Shown here: in pieces, positions 9,054-18,353 of the stretch | Layout of the letters: each line of letters begins with the position of its first letter | Position numbering within the stretch: position 1 is the stretch's first letter | Assembly: GCA_038203875.1 (NCBI GenBank) | Contig: JBBRDN010000002.1 | Coordinates: 701-64,700 of the forward strand | Length of the DNA stretch: 64,000 nt | Direction: 5' to 3' | Source of the DNA: Verrucomicrobiota bacterium | Lineage (GTDB): Bacteria > Verrucomicrobiota > Verrucomicrobiia > Limisphaerales > CANJSG01 | Program-made: the position numbers and the translations under genes | Notes under the pieces: generated by a model | What the model saw: only the letters and a program-made list of their open reading frames with translations | Database searches by the model: none | What the model was told of the DNA's origin: nothing

Positions 9054-10400
9054 TCAAACAATCCGGTCAAGGGCGGCGTCGAGACGTTTGACCACCCGGT
9101 CTTTGCCCAGGACTTCGAGCAGATGATACAGGCTCGGTCCCACCGTCCGGCCAGTCGTAGCCAGGCGGGTCGGATGGACGAGGACCCCGGTCTTTACGCC
9201 CACTTCGACGGCGACCGCCTTCAGGGTCGTTTCGAGCGTAACGGCGTCAAAGGCGGTGAGCGACGCGAATGCATCGCGCAGTCTTTGGATGCGCGGCTTG
9301 GCTTCGGAGACGAAATCCTTCGCCGCTCCAGCCGCATCAAACTCGGTGACTTCCTTGAAATAGAACCCGCCGAACAAAGGCAATTCGGAGAAGTGTTTGA
9401 TCTTCTCCTGACAGGATTTGAGCGCGCCACCGATGTAGCCCGGCGCAAAGCCGTCGAGGCTGATGCCAGCTTTGCCGAGCGCAGCCCGGGCCAACGTTTC
9501 GAAGCGGTCGGGAGCCATCAGGCGGATATATTCGCCATTGACCCAATGGAGCTTGTCGAGATCGAAGCCGGCGTTGTGGCGGATGATCTGGGGAAGGTCG
9601 AAGAGCTGGACCACTTCCTGAAGCGGAACGATCTCGCGATTGCCCTTGGGCGACCAACCAAGGAGGTAGAGGTAATTCAACACGGCTTCCGGCGCGTAGC
9701 CTTCGTCCATGTAGTTGGTCAACGACGCGCCGGTGTCGCGCTTGCTCATCTTGGACTTGTCCTTGTTCAGGATGAGCGGGATGTGCGCGTATTTCGGCGG
9801 CTCAACACCGAAGGCTTTGAAGAGTGCGATGTGTTTGGCGGTGTTGCTGAGATGGTCTTCGCCACGGATGACGTGGGTGATCTTCATCTCAAGGTCGTCG
9901 ATGACGTTGACCAGATGGAAGACGGGCACGCCGTCGCTCCGGACGATGACAAAGTCGGGGTCCATCTTCTCGCGGTCGGTCAGTTCACGGGTAACGTTGC
10001 CGACGACGAGATCGGGGATCAGCACAGGTTCGCGCTGCATCTTGAACTTCACCGCGCCCTCGTGGTCGTAGGCGAATCCTTTGTCCTTCAGTTCCTGGAT
10101 GCGCTTCTTGTAAATCTCACCGCGGGCGGACTGGAAGTAAGGGCCGTAGTCGCCCTTGCTGGGACCATCGACCGAGCCGGTGGTCGGGCCTTCATCCCAA
10201 TCGAGGCCAAGCCAGCGGAGGCCATTCAGGATCACGTCCACGGCTTCCTGCGAGTTCCGCGCCTGATCGGTGTCCTCAATGCGAAGAACGAACGTGCCGC
10301 CCATGTGGCGGGCGTAGAGCCAGTTGAAAAGGGCGGTGCGGGCGCCTCCGATGTGGAGATAGCCGGTGGGACTGGGGGCGAAACGGACGCGAACGCTCAT
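9054..10400 (-). CDS. gltX: glutamate--tRNA ligase
   Basis: RFAPSPTGYLHIGGARTA (HIGH) and KMSKR (KMSKS) motifs. I chose ATG 10400 (MSVRVRF...). Confidence 0.92.
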   Translation of the reverse strand: MSVRVRFAPSPTGYLHIGGARTALFNWLYARHMGGTFVLRIEDTDQARNSQEAVDVILNGLRWLGLDWDEGPTTGSVDGPSKGDYGPYFQSARGEIYKKRIQELKDKGFAYDHEGAVKFKMQREPVLIPDLVVGNVTRELTDREKMDPDFVIVRSDGVPVFHLVNVIDDLEMKITHVIRGEDHLSNTAKHIALFKAFGVEPPKYAHIPLILNKDKSKMSKRDTGASLTNYMDEGYAPEAVLNYLYLLGWSPKGNREIVPLQEVVQLFDLPQIIRHNAGFDLDKLHWVNGEYIRLMAPDRFETLARAALGKAGISLDGFAPGYIGGALKSCQEKIKHFSELPLFGGFYFKEVTEFDAAGAAKDFVSEAKPRIQRLRDAFASLTAFDAVTLETTLKAVAVEVGVKTGVLVHPTRLATTGRTVGPSLYHLLEVLGKDRVVKRLDAALDRIV

Positions 10401-10468
10401 AGTGTTTCTGATTTCAGGAGGCGACACCCTAGCGATGACGATAGTCGAGGCAAGCCCGAGGCCGATGC

Positions 10469-12208
10469 TCACTTCCTACCAATAGACTGAAGCGCCTGGA
10501 GCTCGGCCTTGCTGAACCCGGAATTCGACAGCGATTCCGACAACTGCACCTGCTCGGCGACCTTTCCGTTGAGTCGGTAGACCGTCATGACCACTGCGCG
10601 CCAGCGCGCCGGCAGCAGACTCGGAGCAACAGGAAGGCTTTGGATCAGCTTGAGCCCTTCCGGCGCATTACCCATTCTGCAATGGGCAAGCGCGGCCATG
10701 ATCCGAAAGTCCCAGCGATCGGGAGTCACCTTAACTTCTCGAAGGCATTCCTCCAGCGTCAGCCGGGACTGAAGGTCTAGCAGGAGGTTCAGGTAAAAAA
10801 GATCTGCCTTAACTCTCTGATCAACTCGGGTCCCTTGAACCATTCTGGAGAGAGCTTCGTGAGCCAACCTAAGTTCTCCTAATCCCATCTGAATACGTGC
10901 TGTTTGTTTGTTGGCTTCATATGCAACGGCCGGCGACCCGCTAATCAGCAAATGGGGTGCAAAGACCCGAAGGGCAATGTCGTTCCGTCCGATTCGTTCA
11001 GCCAGCGAAGCAAGGGTGAGAGCTTTCCTGAAATTGTTCGTCGTCTCGAGAATCGCAGACGACCACAAAGCCCGCTCACCCATTGCATCGCCGCGCAGGG
11101 ATTTGATGAATGCGGCCATACCGAGACGGAACATTGGCTCGACCGGAACATTGGTTGACTGCAGGAATGACTCTGCTTCATCCCAGCGCTTCATCCCCGA
11201 GAGAGCCTCCAAACGCATGGTAAAAAGTGGCACATTCGTCCCTACCCGAATCGCAGGGACGACCATCAGGGTTGAATCGAACGCTTTCCGCGAGTTGAGC
11301 CAAACTGCGAGTTCATTCAAGGCCACATCGTCGGCAACCGCTGTTCGGTTGATCGTTTCGGCAATGAGGGCGTCCCGACGTGACTGGACGGCGCTATCGG
11401 ACGGCCAACGAAGATCGGCCCTCAGGACGGCATTGGATAAGCCGGAGGAGCTAGCCTCAACCCAGTTGATCAACTGTCGTGATTCGGCCGGCTTTAGATC
11501 GGAAAGACCTGCCAGTCTTCGCCAGGCGTCGACTTGAGATCGCCCCGGGCGACCGGCTAGTTCCAACAGCAGTCGACGGCCTTCCTGCTTTTGCTCCTGC
11601 GAATCCAAGGCCAACAAGATCGAGCCATACAAGAATTGGAATCGATCGTCGTTTGGCTCTGCTACGAAAGCCGCTCGCGCAGCGCTCGAAGCTTGGACCA
11701 AATCCCCTTGGATGCGGAAAAATTCAGCCGCCAAAAAAAGACTTCGCGCCTCAGGCGGCCGGCGCACCATCAGCCGCTTGATTTGTTGTCCCGCCACTTC
11801 AATCAGACCTACCTTTAGTGCAAATTCAGTGAAGTCTTGCCGTTCCTCGTCCGTCACGTCAGGGAGACGCAAGATTTCAACCCACGACTTCAGTGCCTGA
11901 TCAGTGCCGATTTGCTCAGAAGCACGGGCCATCGCTCCGCGAAATCGTGTTTGATCCGAATCCATCTGCATCGCCAACTCGAACCGATCGAGGGCGTTGG
12001 TCCACTTACCTTGCTCTAAATAAACCTTGCCGCTTTGGAAGAACGACTCTGCCCTCATCCCCTTGAGACGCCCGTAAACCGGTGGCATCGCAAACCACGC
12101 CAATACGACTGCCAAAATGCCGAGGCCGGAAAAGATCAGTTTCTTCTTCAATGATGAAACCTTCCTGGAGAGCGCTCGATCCTGGGTAATCTGAATTGAA
12201 TCATCCAT
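10469..12208 (-). CDS. TPR-repeat protein with N-terminal membrane anchor
   Basis: TM segment LIFSGLGILAVVLAWFAM followed by repeated helical TPR-like units. It starts 2 nt after the exosortase stop (ATG 12208; GTG 12214 would overlap). Lower GC than the flanks. Confidence 0.6.
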   Translation of the reverse strand: MDDSIQITQDRALSRKVSSLKKKLIFSGLGILAVVLAWFAMPPVYGRLKGMRAESFFQSGKVYLEQGKWTNALDRFELAMQMDSDQTRFRGAMARASEQIGTDQALKSWVEILRLPDVTDEERQDFTEFALKVGLIEVAGQQIKRLMVRRPPEARSLFLAAEFFRIQGDLVQASSAARAAFVAEPNDDRFQFLYGSILLALDSQEQKQEGRRLLLELAGRPGRSQVDAWRRLAGLSDLKPAESRQLINWVEASSSGLSNAVLRADLRWPSDSAVQSRRDALIAETINRTAVADDVALNELAVWLNSRKAFDSTLMVVPAIRVGTNVPLFTMRLEALSGMKRWDEAESFLQSTNVPVEPMFRLGMAAFIKSLRGDAMGERALWSSAILETTNNFRKALTLASLAERIGRNDIALRVFAPHLLISGSPAVAYEANKQTARIQMGLGELRLAHEALSRMVQGTRVDQRVKADLFYLNLLLDLQSRLTLEECLREVKVTPDRWDFRIMAALAHCRMGNAPEGLKLIQSLPVAPSLLPARWRAVVMTVYRLNGKVAEQVQLSESLSNSGFSKAELQALQSIGRK

Positions 12209-12210
12209 GG

Positions 12211-13815
12211 TCACTTAGCAGGAGTCTGCCCTCGATACTGGACCAGGTTGTTCATCAATTCCGTCATCGTCTTGAGATCAGGTGGGGTGCCTTCATACGG
12301 AATATTTATGGAAACAAGTTCGGTCGCTGAACCCCGTTTTCCCGCCATTTCCAACCATGACACGGCTGCGGCCGAGTCCAAATCACGGTAGTTGACCTGC
12401 ACCGGCTTACCGTTTCTCCAGATTCCCCAAAGTTGAACGGCCTTCTGCTCGCCCCGCTTCCACATGAACTTGTAGAAGTCCATTTCCTTGCCCGAAATCG
12501 GAAGTTTCACGGACTCAAAGTCCCCGTCCTTTCTCCATCCCACGCCGGCCATACAGACATCCGGGCGGTGGCCAAGCAGGTAGACGTTGGCCGCATTCGG
12601 GACCCAAAAGAAATAGTAGCCACCGATCTCCCGGTCTCCAACCGACGCCGATCGAAAGAATACGTTGTGCCCAATCTCAGGATTCGGTTGGAGAATCTTC
12701 AAGGTCGCTTCGGAAACCGCTTCCTTTTTGACAGAATCACGAACGAGAAAGTTCGGCTGCGTCTGCTCTGGAACCTTGAGTGCCTGATACCAAAACCAGC
12801 CGTTGGTCCCCATGAAGCCCAACAAGAGAACGACTACCGAGAATCCTACTAGGCCTACCCTCGCAACCGGCCGGGCGACAGCACCCAAGGTCGTTTTGCG
12901 GGCAGCACCCATCGCGATCTCCTCCTTTCTCAGCAACCACGCCGCACCGAAAAGCATCATCGGCAAAACCATGGACATTGCTCCACCCACAGGGTCGTGA
13001 ATTTTTGCCAAGATATCCAAGCCCTTCGAGTCGACCTGCCAACAGAGGATGAACGTCCGGCAAACGTTGAGAAACACGGCGAATGCGAACGCAGCGACGA
13101 ACATCAGCAATCGGCGTGGGATCGAAAGCAGGAACAATTCGCCCAGAGCGACTCCATACATTAACCCCGATTGAAGCGAACGAATTCCGGAGCACGCCTC
13201 ATCGACGCCGACCGGACCTGGCTTCATCGTGATCGTGACTCCGTTGCGCTTCGCGTGGATTCCAAGCCAATGCATTATCTCAGTGATGGTCGCCGATACC
13301 TTCTCGGCAAGCCCCGCCGTCACTGGTTGCTCGATCGCTGTCACCCATGGAGCTGCCATGAGGAAAAATAGGGTCGGAAACAGCATCTCCCTTCGAAGTT
13401 TTCGCCCGCCCATCCATCCTAGGCAAAGCATCGTAACGACAACCGCGTTGACCCCGATTAGGATAACCAACGACCTCGATAGAGGGCTCCTCTGCCGCGC
13501 ATACTCAAGCGGGACCACACAGGCGGCGAGAAGGATCAGGAGAAGCGCCCCTTTCAGGTTGTCCCGGGGTCGCGTAGCGATTGGTGCCAGTCCATTTTTT
13601 TGGGAATAAATCCCCAATCGCCGCCAGAAAAAGAACCCTCCAAGGAACGGAACCAACCAGCCGTAGGCATACTGCTCGAAGTAGATCCAGTATTGGGCAA
13701 ACGCATTGAACGCCAACAGCCACGAAAGAACGATCATGGCTGCCGCCGGCCAAGCCAACTTGATTGGCCCAGATACCTCATCCGGCCCCGCTGTTGTCGC
13801 TCCTGTTTTGCTCAT
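12211..13815 (-). CDS. exosortase fused to an EpsI-like C-terminal domain
   Basis: Polytopic N-terminal part with the exosortase signature VDEACSGIRSLQSG (catalytic Cys) and downstream Arg/His positions (NVCRTF, IHDPVGG). The roughly 200-aa C-terminal soluble domain follows a last TM, as in EpsI fusions. Confidence 0.8.
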   Translation of the reverse strand: MSKTGATTAGPDEVSGPIKLAWPAAAMIVLSWLLAFNAFAQYWIYFEQYAYGWLVPFLGGFFFWRRLGIYSQKNGLAPIATRPRDNLKGALLLILLAACVVPLEYARQRSPLSRSLVILIGVNAVVVTMLCLGWMGGRKLRREMLFPTLFFLMAAPWVTAIEQPVTAGLAEKVSATITEIMHWLGIHAKRNGVTITMKPGPVGVDEACSGIRSLQSGLMYGVALGELFLLSIPRRLLMFVAAFAFAVFLNVCRTFILCWQVDSKGLDILAKIHDPVGGAMSMVLPMMLFGAAWLLRKEEIAMGAARKTTLGAVARPVARVGLVGFSVVVLLLGFMGTNGWFWYQALKVPEQTQPNFLVRDSVKKEAVSEATLKILQPNPEIGHNVFFRSASVGDREIGGYYFFWVPNAANVYLLGHRPDVCMAGVGWRKDGDFESVKLPISGKEMDFYKFMWKRGEQKAVQLWGIWRNGKPVQVNYRDLDSAAAVSWLEMAGKRGSATELVSINIPYEGTPPDLKTMTELMNNLVQYRGQTPAK

Positions 13816-13917
13816 GAACGCCGCCGATTTTATTGCTGGCTAGGCGCTTGGCAACCAGCCAAGTGCCTTGTTGGATTCTTTTTCCATCGGGTGACCGACT
13901 TCAAGGCCTAAGCGTAT

Positions 13918-14295
13918 TCAGCCCTCGATCACCGCTACGGCTGCCGAATGGACTGATGTATGAGTCATGCTCAAGTGGACTCGTTGACCCCCTCGGCTCT
14001 TCAACAGTTCAATTCCAACCCCTCGCATTTCCACCACTGGCTGCCCAGAAGCGAGTCGGACGACTTCGATGTCCTTCCAGCCAAGATCGGCTCCAATTCC
14101 CGTGCCGAACGCTTTGGCCACGGCTTCCTTGGCCGCGAACCGTGACGCGACGGTCTCTGCCGGAGCTGTCTGCGACTGGCAATAGACTAGTTCGTTTACG
14201 CAAAGGATCCGTTCGAGGAACCGCGGGCCGAATCGCTCCAATGCCCTTTCGATTCGCGCCACTTCCACCAGATCGATGCCGAGGCCGAGGATCAT
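13918..14295 (-). CDS. acpS: holo-[acyl-carrier-protein] synthase
   Basis: MILGLGIDLVEVARIE...FAAKEAVAKAFGTG...HLSMTH, a canonical AcpS of about 125 aa. Confidence 0.88.
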   Translation of the reverse strand: MILGLGIDLVEVARIERALERFGPRFLERILCVNELVYCQSQTAPAETVASRFAAKEAVAKAFGTGIGADLGWKDIEVVRLASGQPVVEMRGVGIELLKSRGGQRVHLSMTHTSVHSAAVAVIEG

Positions 14296-14296
14296 C

Positions 14297-15037
14297 TCAA
14301 CCGGGGTATCCTTTCATCACTTCCAGCATGTCCTTCACTGCGCGTTCCAATCCGACAAACACTGCCCGGCTTACCAAGCTGTGCCCGATGTTCAACTCGA
14401 CCATATGGGGAACGACATGCAGCAACGGAAGGTTCTCGAGATTCAAGCCGTGGCCCGCGTTCACCAGGAGCCCCAACTCGTGCGCCTGCTTGGCACCAGC
14501 CACCAGACGTTCGATCTCGCCGTTCCGCTCTCGTTTCTGAGGAAAGTGTTCTGAATAGGCGCCGGTATGCAGTTCGATGAACTTGGCTCCTACCCTCGCC
14601 GAAGCCGCGATCTGCGCAGAATCCGGCGCGATGAAAAGGCTCACCTCAATTCCGGCGTCCCGGAATCGCGAGCAGACATTCTTCAAGTCCGATTCCTGTC
14701 CGATCACGTCAAGGCCGCCTTCGGTCGTCAGTTCCTGTCGTTTCTCCGGCACCAAACACACGATGTCGGGCTTCAGATCCAACGCAAATGCGACGATTTC
14801 CGGCGCGATCGCCATCTCAAGATTGAGCCGTGTGGAAATGCGTTCGCGAAGCTCGCGGACGTCGCGGTCCAGAATGTGGCGGCGGTCTTCGCGAAGATGC
14901 GCTGTAATCCCATGGGCGCCCGCCCGTTCACAGACCATCGCCGCCTCGACCGGACTCGGTTCACCGCGGGACTGACCTCGGTAACGCGCCTCACGGAGAG
15001 TCGCGAAATGGTCGATGTTGACGCCGAGCTTAAGCAT
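14297..15037 (-). CDS. pdxJ: pyridoxine 5'-phosphate synthase
   Basis: LGVNIDHFATLREAR, GITAHLREDRRHI, IELHTG and NAGHGL motifs. Confidence 0.92.
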   Translation of the reverse strand: MLKLGVNIDHFATLREARYRGQSRGEPSPVEAAMVCERAGAHGITAHLREDRRHILDRDVRELRERISTRLNLEMAIAPEIVAFALDLKPDIVCLVPEKRQELTTEGGLDVIGQESDLKNVCSRFRDAGIEVSLFIAPDSAQIAASARVGAKFIELHTGAYSEHFPQKRERNGEIERLVAGAKQAHELGLLVNAGHGLNLENLPLLHVVPHMVELNIGHSLVSRAVFVGLERAVKDMLEVMKGYPG

Positions 15038-15055
15038 GGATTCTCCAGGAGCAGT

Positions 15056-16615
15056 TCAAGGATTCCCCGGCTTCGGAGCCACTCCCGGAACGGGAGCCAC
15101 CGCCGGGGATCCCGCGGGAATCGTCAATGGACTCAGCGAGGACGGCGAGTCCGCCAACCAACGCCCCAAGTGAACCAGTTCGAAGCCGCTCAATCCGAGG
15201 TGGGATTTGCGAGTCACCGAAAACTCCTTCGGTCCCGCCGACTTCGCCTCGGTAACAGTGTTGCCAAGTTGCGGCGCGATCCCGTCGAGAAATCTTTCCG
15301 TAGTTGAAAAAAGCCGTCGTTGCTCGCGGATATCAACCCCGGCAACCTTGCGACCGAACACCGGCGCGATCTGGCCCATCACCCGCCAGAATCCCACCCG
15401 TTCCTGGCTGATCTCCCAGTCGTAGTAGACAAGGTCCTTCCGGTTTTGGAATTCATCCATCAGCTCCTTCGGTGCCGGCTGACGGTTGGGGACGAACGGG
15501 AAAAAGCCGCCGGTGATCCAGCCTCCCGTCGCATCGTTTGTCGCGAGGACAAACGGAGCCAGCAGTGCCCCGCCCTTCATCTGGAGCTGCGTCTTGTTCG
15601 AGTTCCAACCGAACTCACCCGAGTTGGAGGCCTTGAGGATCGGATTCCAGGCCAGTGGAATGGCGGCGCCCAACCGGTCCATTTCCGCTCTGGGCGACCC
15701 CGAGGCCATTGCGAAGTAGTATTGGAAGGGGACCTGGGAAAGAGTCCAAAGGTAAGTTTGGGACTGGTTCATCTGCCGACCGATCACCGAGTCGAACATG
15801 GAACCAGGCAGCAAAAACGCCCCGAGCGATCGGATCGCCGTGAAATTCACCAACGGATCCCGCAACAGGTTGGTTGGAGCGTTCCACACTTCCTGGCCCA
15901 CGACGATTGTCTCCGGGAAAGTAACCTTCGCGGTCGTCTTCAGGTTCTCACCCTGGGGCGAAATCGTCAGGGCGATCGCTCCCAAACGAACCGGGGAATC
16001 CTGCCAACCGAAGAACACCGAAAGCTTTGGAAGGTCGGCCTCGAGGGAAACCACCGTTCCGGCATCCAGCTTCCAGGGCCGTCCCGAAGACGCGATCGCC
16101 GACTTCGTTTCGCTCAACGGAACCAAGCCTTTCGAACCGACCCCGACGATCAGCCAATCACCCGCAGACTCCAACGAAATTGTCCGACCCAGCGACGCGG
16201 CCACGGTCTTGAACTTGCCTTCCAGACCGGGACGACCCGTCGCAGCCGCCTTGATCGCGACGGTGGCTTCCCATGATCCGGCGCCCTGTCGCAGCTCGAA
16301 CGCGGCGTCGGCGGAAACCAGTTCGTTTACCAGATCGGACAACCCGTCCACCGCTGCGCCGTCCGCTTTGCCGACGCCAGCCACCAGCCACTTCGCAAAT
16401 CGCTCCGATACCAGCTTGCGGAACGCGACCGCGTTGGTGGACGAAAGCAGCTCGACCGCCTTGGGCGTTTTGGCGAGAGAGGCAACGGCCTGAGCACCGA
16501 CGAATTGGTGCCGGAAGACGATGGGAGGCCGTTGGGCGCCAGTTGCTTCCTTTGAGCAACCCGCAGCCATCAGGGCAAACGCCAGGCAGAGCACGATTTT
16601 ACTAAGTTTAATCAT
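15056..16615 (-). CDS. hypothetical lipoprotein
   Basis: Lipobox signal MIKLSKIVLCLAFALMAAGCSKE. Long ORF with native codon bias. I recognised no family. Confidence 0.6.
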   Translation of the reverse strand: MIKLSKIVLCLAFALMAAGCSKEATGAQRPPIVFRHQFVGAQAVASLAKTPKAVELLSSTNAVAFRKLVSERFAKWLVAGVGKADGAAVDGLSDLVNELVSADAAFELRQGAGSWEATVAIKAAATGRPGLEGKFKTVAASLGRTISLESAGDWLIVGVGSKGLVPLSETKSAIASSGRPWKLDAGTVVSLEADLPKLSVFFGWQDSPVRLGAIALTISPQGENLKTTAKVTFPETIVVGQEVWNAPTNLLRDPLVNFTAIRSLGAFLLPGSMFDSVIGRQMNQSQTYLWTLSQVPFQYYFAMASGSPRAEMDRLGAAIPLAWNPILKASNSGEFGWNSNKTQLQMKGGALLAPFVLATNDATGGWITGGFFPFVPNRQPAPKELMDEFQNRKDLVYYDWEISQERVGFWRVMGQIAPVFGRKVAGVDIREQRRLFSTTERFLDGIAPQLGNTVTEAKSAGPKEFSVTRKSHLGLSGFELVHLGRWLADSPSSLSPLTIPAGSPAVAPVPGVAPKPGNP

Positions 16616-16738
16616 GGTTCACGACCGACAGAGTTATCCGCGAGACCCGCGCGTTGGCAAACGAACTTTGGACGGTTGATGAACATGAAGCCCGTTGACT
16701 CCGTCAGACCCAGCCGAAATCTTCCGCTTACTACGCAC

Positions 16739-17257
16739 ATGAAAACACTCTTTACTCTCATCATCGCCATCGGCATGGCCGCCACCACCTCGATCCACGC
16801 CGCCACGCCGGCAGTTGGCGACAAGGCGCCCGCCTTCGTCGGCAAGGACCAGGATGGCAAGACCCACAAGCTTGCCGACTATCTCGGCAAGAAGAGCGTG
16901 ATTCTTTACTTCTATCCGAAGGACAATACCCCCGGCTGCACCAAGCAGGCCTGCACCCTTCGCGATCGTCTGGGCGATCTGAACAAGGGCGGCGTCGAAG
17001 TCCTCGGCGTGAGCATGGACACGGCGGACAGCCACAAGAAGTTCATCGCCGACCACAACCTCAACTTCCCACTCTTGAGCGACGTCGACGGCAAACTCGC
17101 CGCGCAGTTCAGCACCCAGATGGAAGGCAAGAAGATGAGCCGCCGCGTCAGCTTCCTGATCAACAAGGAAGGCAAGATTGTCCACGTGACCGACACCGGC
17201 TCCGCCGACATCCACCTCAAGGAAATGCAGGAAGCCGTCGCCAAGCTGGGCAAGTAA
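16739..17257 (+). CDS. bcp: Bcp-type peroxiredoxin with signal peptide
   Basis: FYPKDNTPGCTKQAC (peroxidatic Cys context) and VLGVSMD...HKKF. ATG 16739 gives the signal MKTLFTLIIAIGMAATTSIHA. Confidence 0.88.
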   Translation: MKTLFTLIIAIGMAATTSIHAATPAVGDKAPAFVGKDQDGKTHKLADYLGKKSVILYFYPKDNTPGCTKQACTLRDRLGDLNKGGVEVLGVSMDTADSHKKFIADHNLNFPLLSDVDGKLAAQFSTQMEGKKMSRRVSFLINKEGKIVHVTDTGSADIHLKEMQEAVAKLGK

Positions 17258-17289
17258 TCCCTGGCTTTCTCAACCATTCCAAAAGCAAA

Positions 17290-17316
17290 GGGCGGCCAAT
17301 TTTGGCCGCCCTTTTC
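17290..17316. terminator. bidirectional rho-independent terminator candidate
   Basis: GGGCGGCC-aatttt-GGCCGCCC followed by TTTTC, and preceded by AAAAGCAAA on the other side. It lies between the convergent bcp and isomerase genes. Confidence 0.6.
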
Positions 17317-17333
17317 ACTTCGTTCGAACTGGT

Positions 17334-18224
17334 TCAGGCGACATCGCAGATGCCTACGCCCTGCTTGAGCGAGGTCAGCGGGTCGCGCTTGGGGATGAAC
17401 TCCTGCGCGACGTGCCCCTTGAAGCCGGTCGCCACGATGGCCTTCATGATCGCCGGGTAATACAGCTCCTGTGAGTCGTCAATCTCGTTGCGGCCGGGAA
17501 CGCCACCGGTGTGGTAGTGGGCGAAGTATTGGTGGCTGCGCTTGATGGTGGCGATGACGTCGCCCTCCATGATCTGCATGTGGTAGATATCGTAGAGCAG
17601 CTTGAAACGCTCGGAGCCGATGCGTTTGCAGAGTTCGACGCCCCAGGCGCTCTTGTCGCACTGGTAGTCCTTGTGGTCGACACGGCTGTTCAGCAGCTCC
17701 ATGACGAGCGTGATCTTCTTCTCCTCGCAAAACTTCATCAGCCGCTTCAGGCCGATGGCGCAGTTCTCAATGCCTTTCTCGTCGTCCAATCCGGCGCGGT
17801 TGCCGGAGAAGCAGATGACATTCTCCAGTCCGGCGGCGGACGCCTTGCTGATCAGGTCCTCGTAGACGGTGACGAGCTTGTCGTGGTGTTCGACGCGGTT
17901 GAAGGCCTTGTTAATGCCGCCCAATCCATCGACGGTCGGGTTGCTGACCATGGCGCAAGTGAGGCCGTGTGCCTTGAGCACGGGCCATTCAGCGGGTCCA
18001 AGCAGTTCGACGGATTGGAGACCCATTTCCTTGGCCGCCTTGGAGAACTCCTCGAGCGGGATTTTGCCGTAGCACCACTTGCAGACGGAGTGGTTGATCT
18101 TGCCCTTGAGACCGGCGGCATCGGCGGCGGCGACCGTTTGGCGCAGGGCGGAGAAAAGTCCAGCGGTGCCGGCGGCAAGGCCGAGCTGTTTGATGGCGGA
18201 ACGGCGGTTGAGCGGGGTTTTCAT
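17334..18224 (-). CDS. Tat-exported sugar phosphate isomerase/epimerase (xylose-isomerase-like TIM barrel)
   Basis: ATG 18224 gives MKTPLNRRSAIKQLGLAAGTAG (twin-arginine signal). The body resembles hydroxypyruvate-isomerase-like TIM barrels (VMELLN..., HYHTGGVPGR). Confidence 0.8.
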   Translation of the reverse strand: MKTPLNRRSAIKQLGLAAGTAGLFSALRQTVAAADAAGLKGKINHSVCKWCYGKIPLEEFSKAAKEMGLQSVELLGPAEWPVLKAHGLTCAMVSNPTVDGLGGINKAFNRVEHHDKLVTVYEDLISKASAAGLENVICFSGNRAGLDDEKGIENCAIGLKRLMKFCEEKKITLVMELLNSRVDHKDYQCDKSAWGVELCKRIGSERFKLLYDIYHMQIMEGDVIATIKRSHQYFAHYHTGGVPGRNEIDDSQELYYPAIMKAIVATGFKGHVAQEFIPKRDPLTSLKQGVGICDVA

Positions 18225-18353
18225 AGGAGGTGATACCGGATTCATCCCAGTCCGGGGACGGCACGTCAATGCAACCGACGGGAGGAAGGACGGAGCCTCG
18301 GGGTAGCTCCAACGGGCGTTTGACGGCTTCCGCCAAGTTGGCACTCTCAACCC

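Noticed and set aside
8136-10490. Very long ORFs antisense to well-supported genes: 8136..10490(+), 1094..2701(-), 18657..19925(-), 23600..25564(-), 27559..29058(-), 35431..37080(-), 49572..51053(+) and 55332..57335(+).
   Set aside because: Each lies opposite a gene with unmistakable family motifs (gltX, sucA, lpdA, proS and others). Their translations are Arg/Gly/Asp/Ala-rich low-complexity sequence, as expected from stop-poor antisense frames in 60% GC DNA.
13595-13601. A7/T7 homopolymer inside the exosortase coding sequence (CAA AAA AAT), a possible slipped-strand phase-variation tract.
   Set aside because: Seven nucleotides is short for contingency loci. The gene is intact and there is no second tract or supporting evidence.
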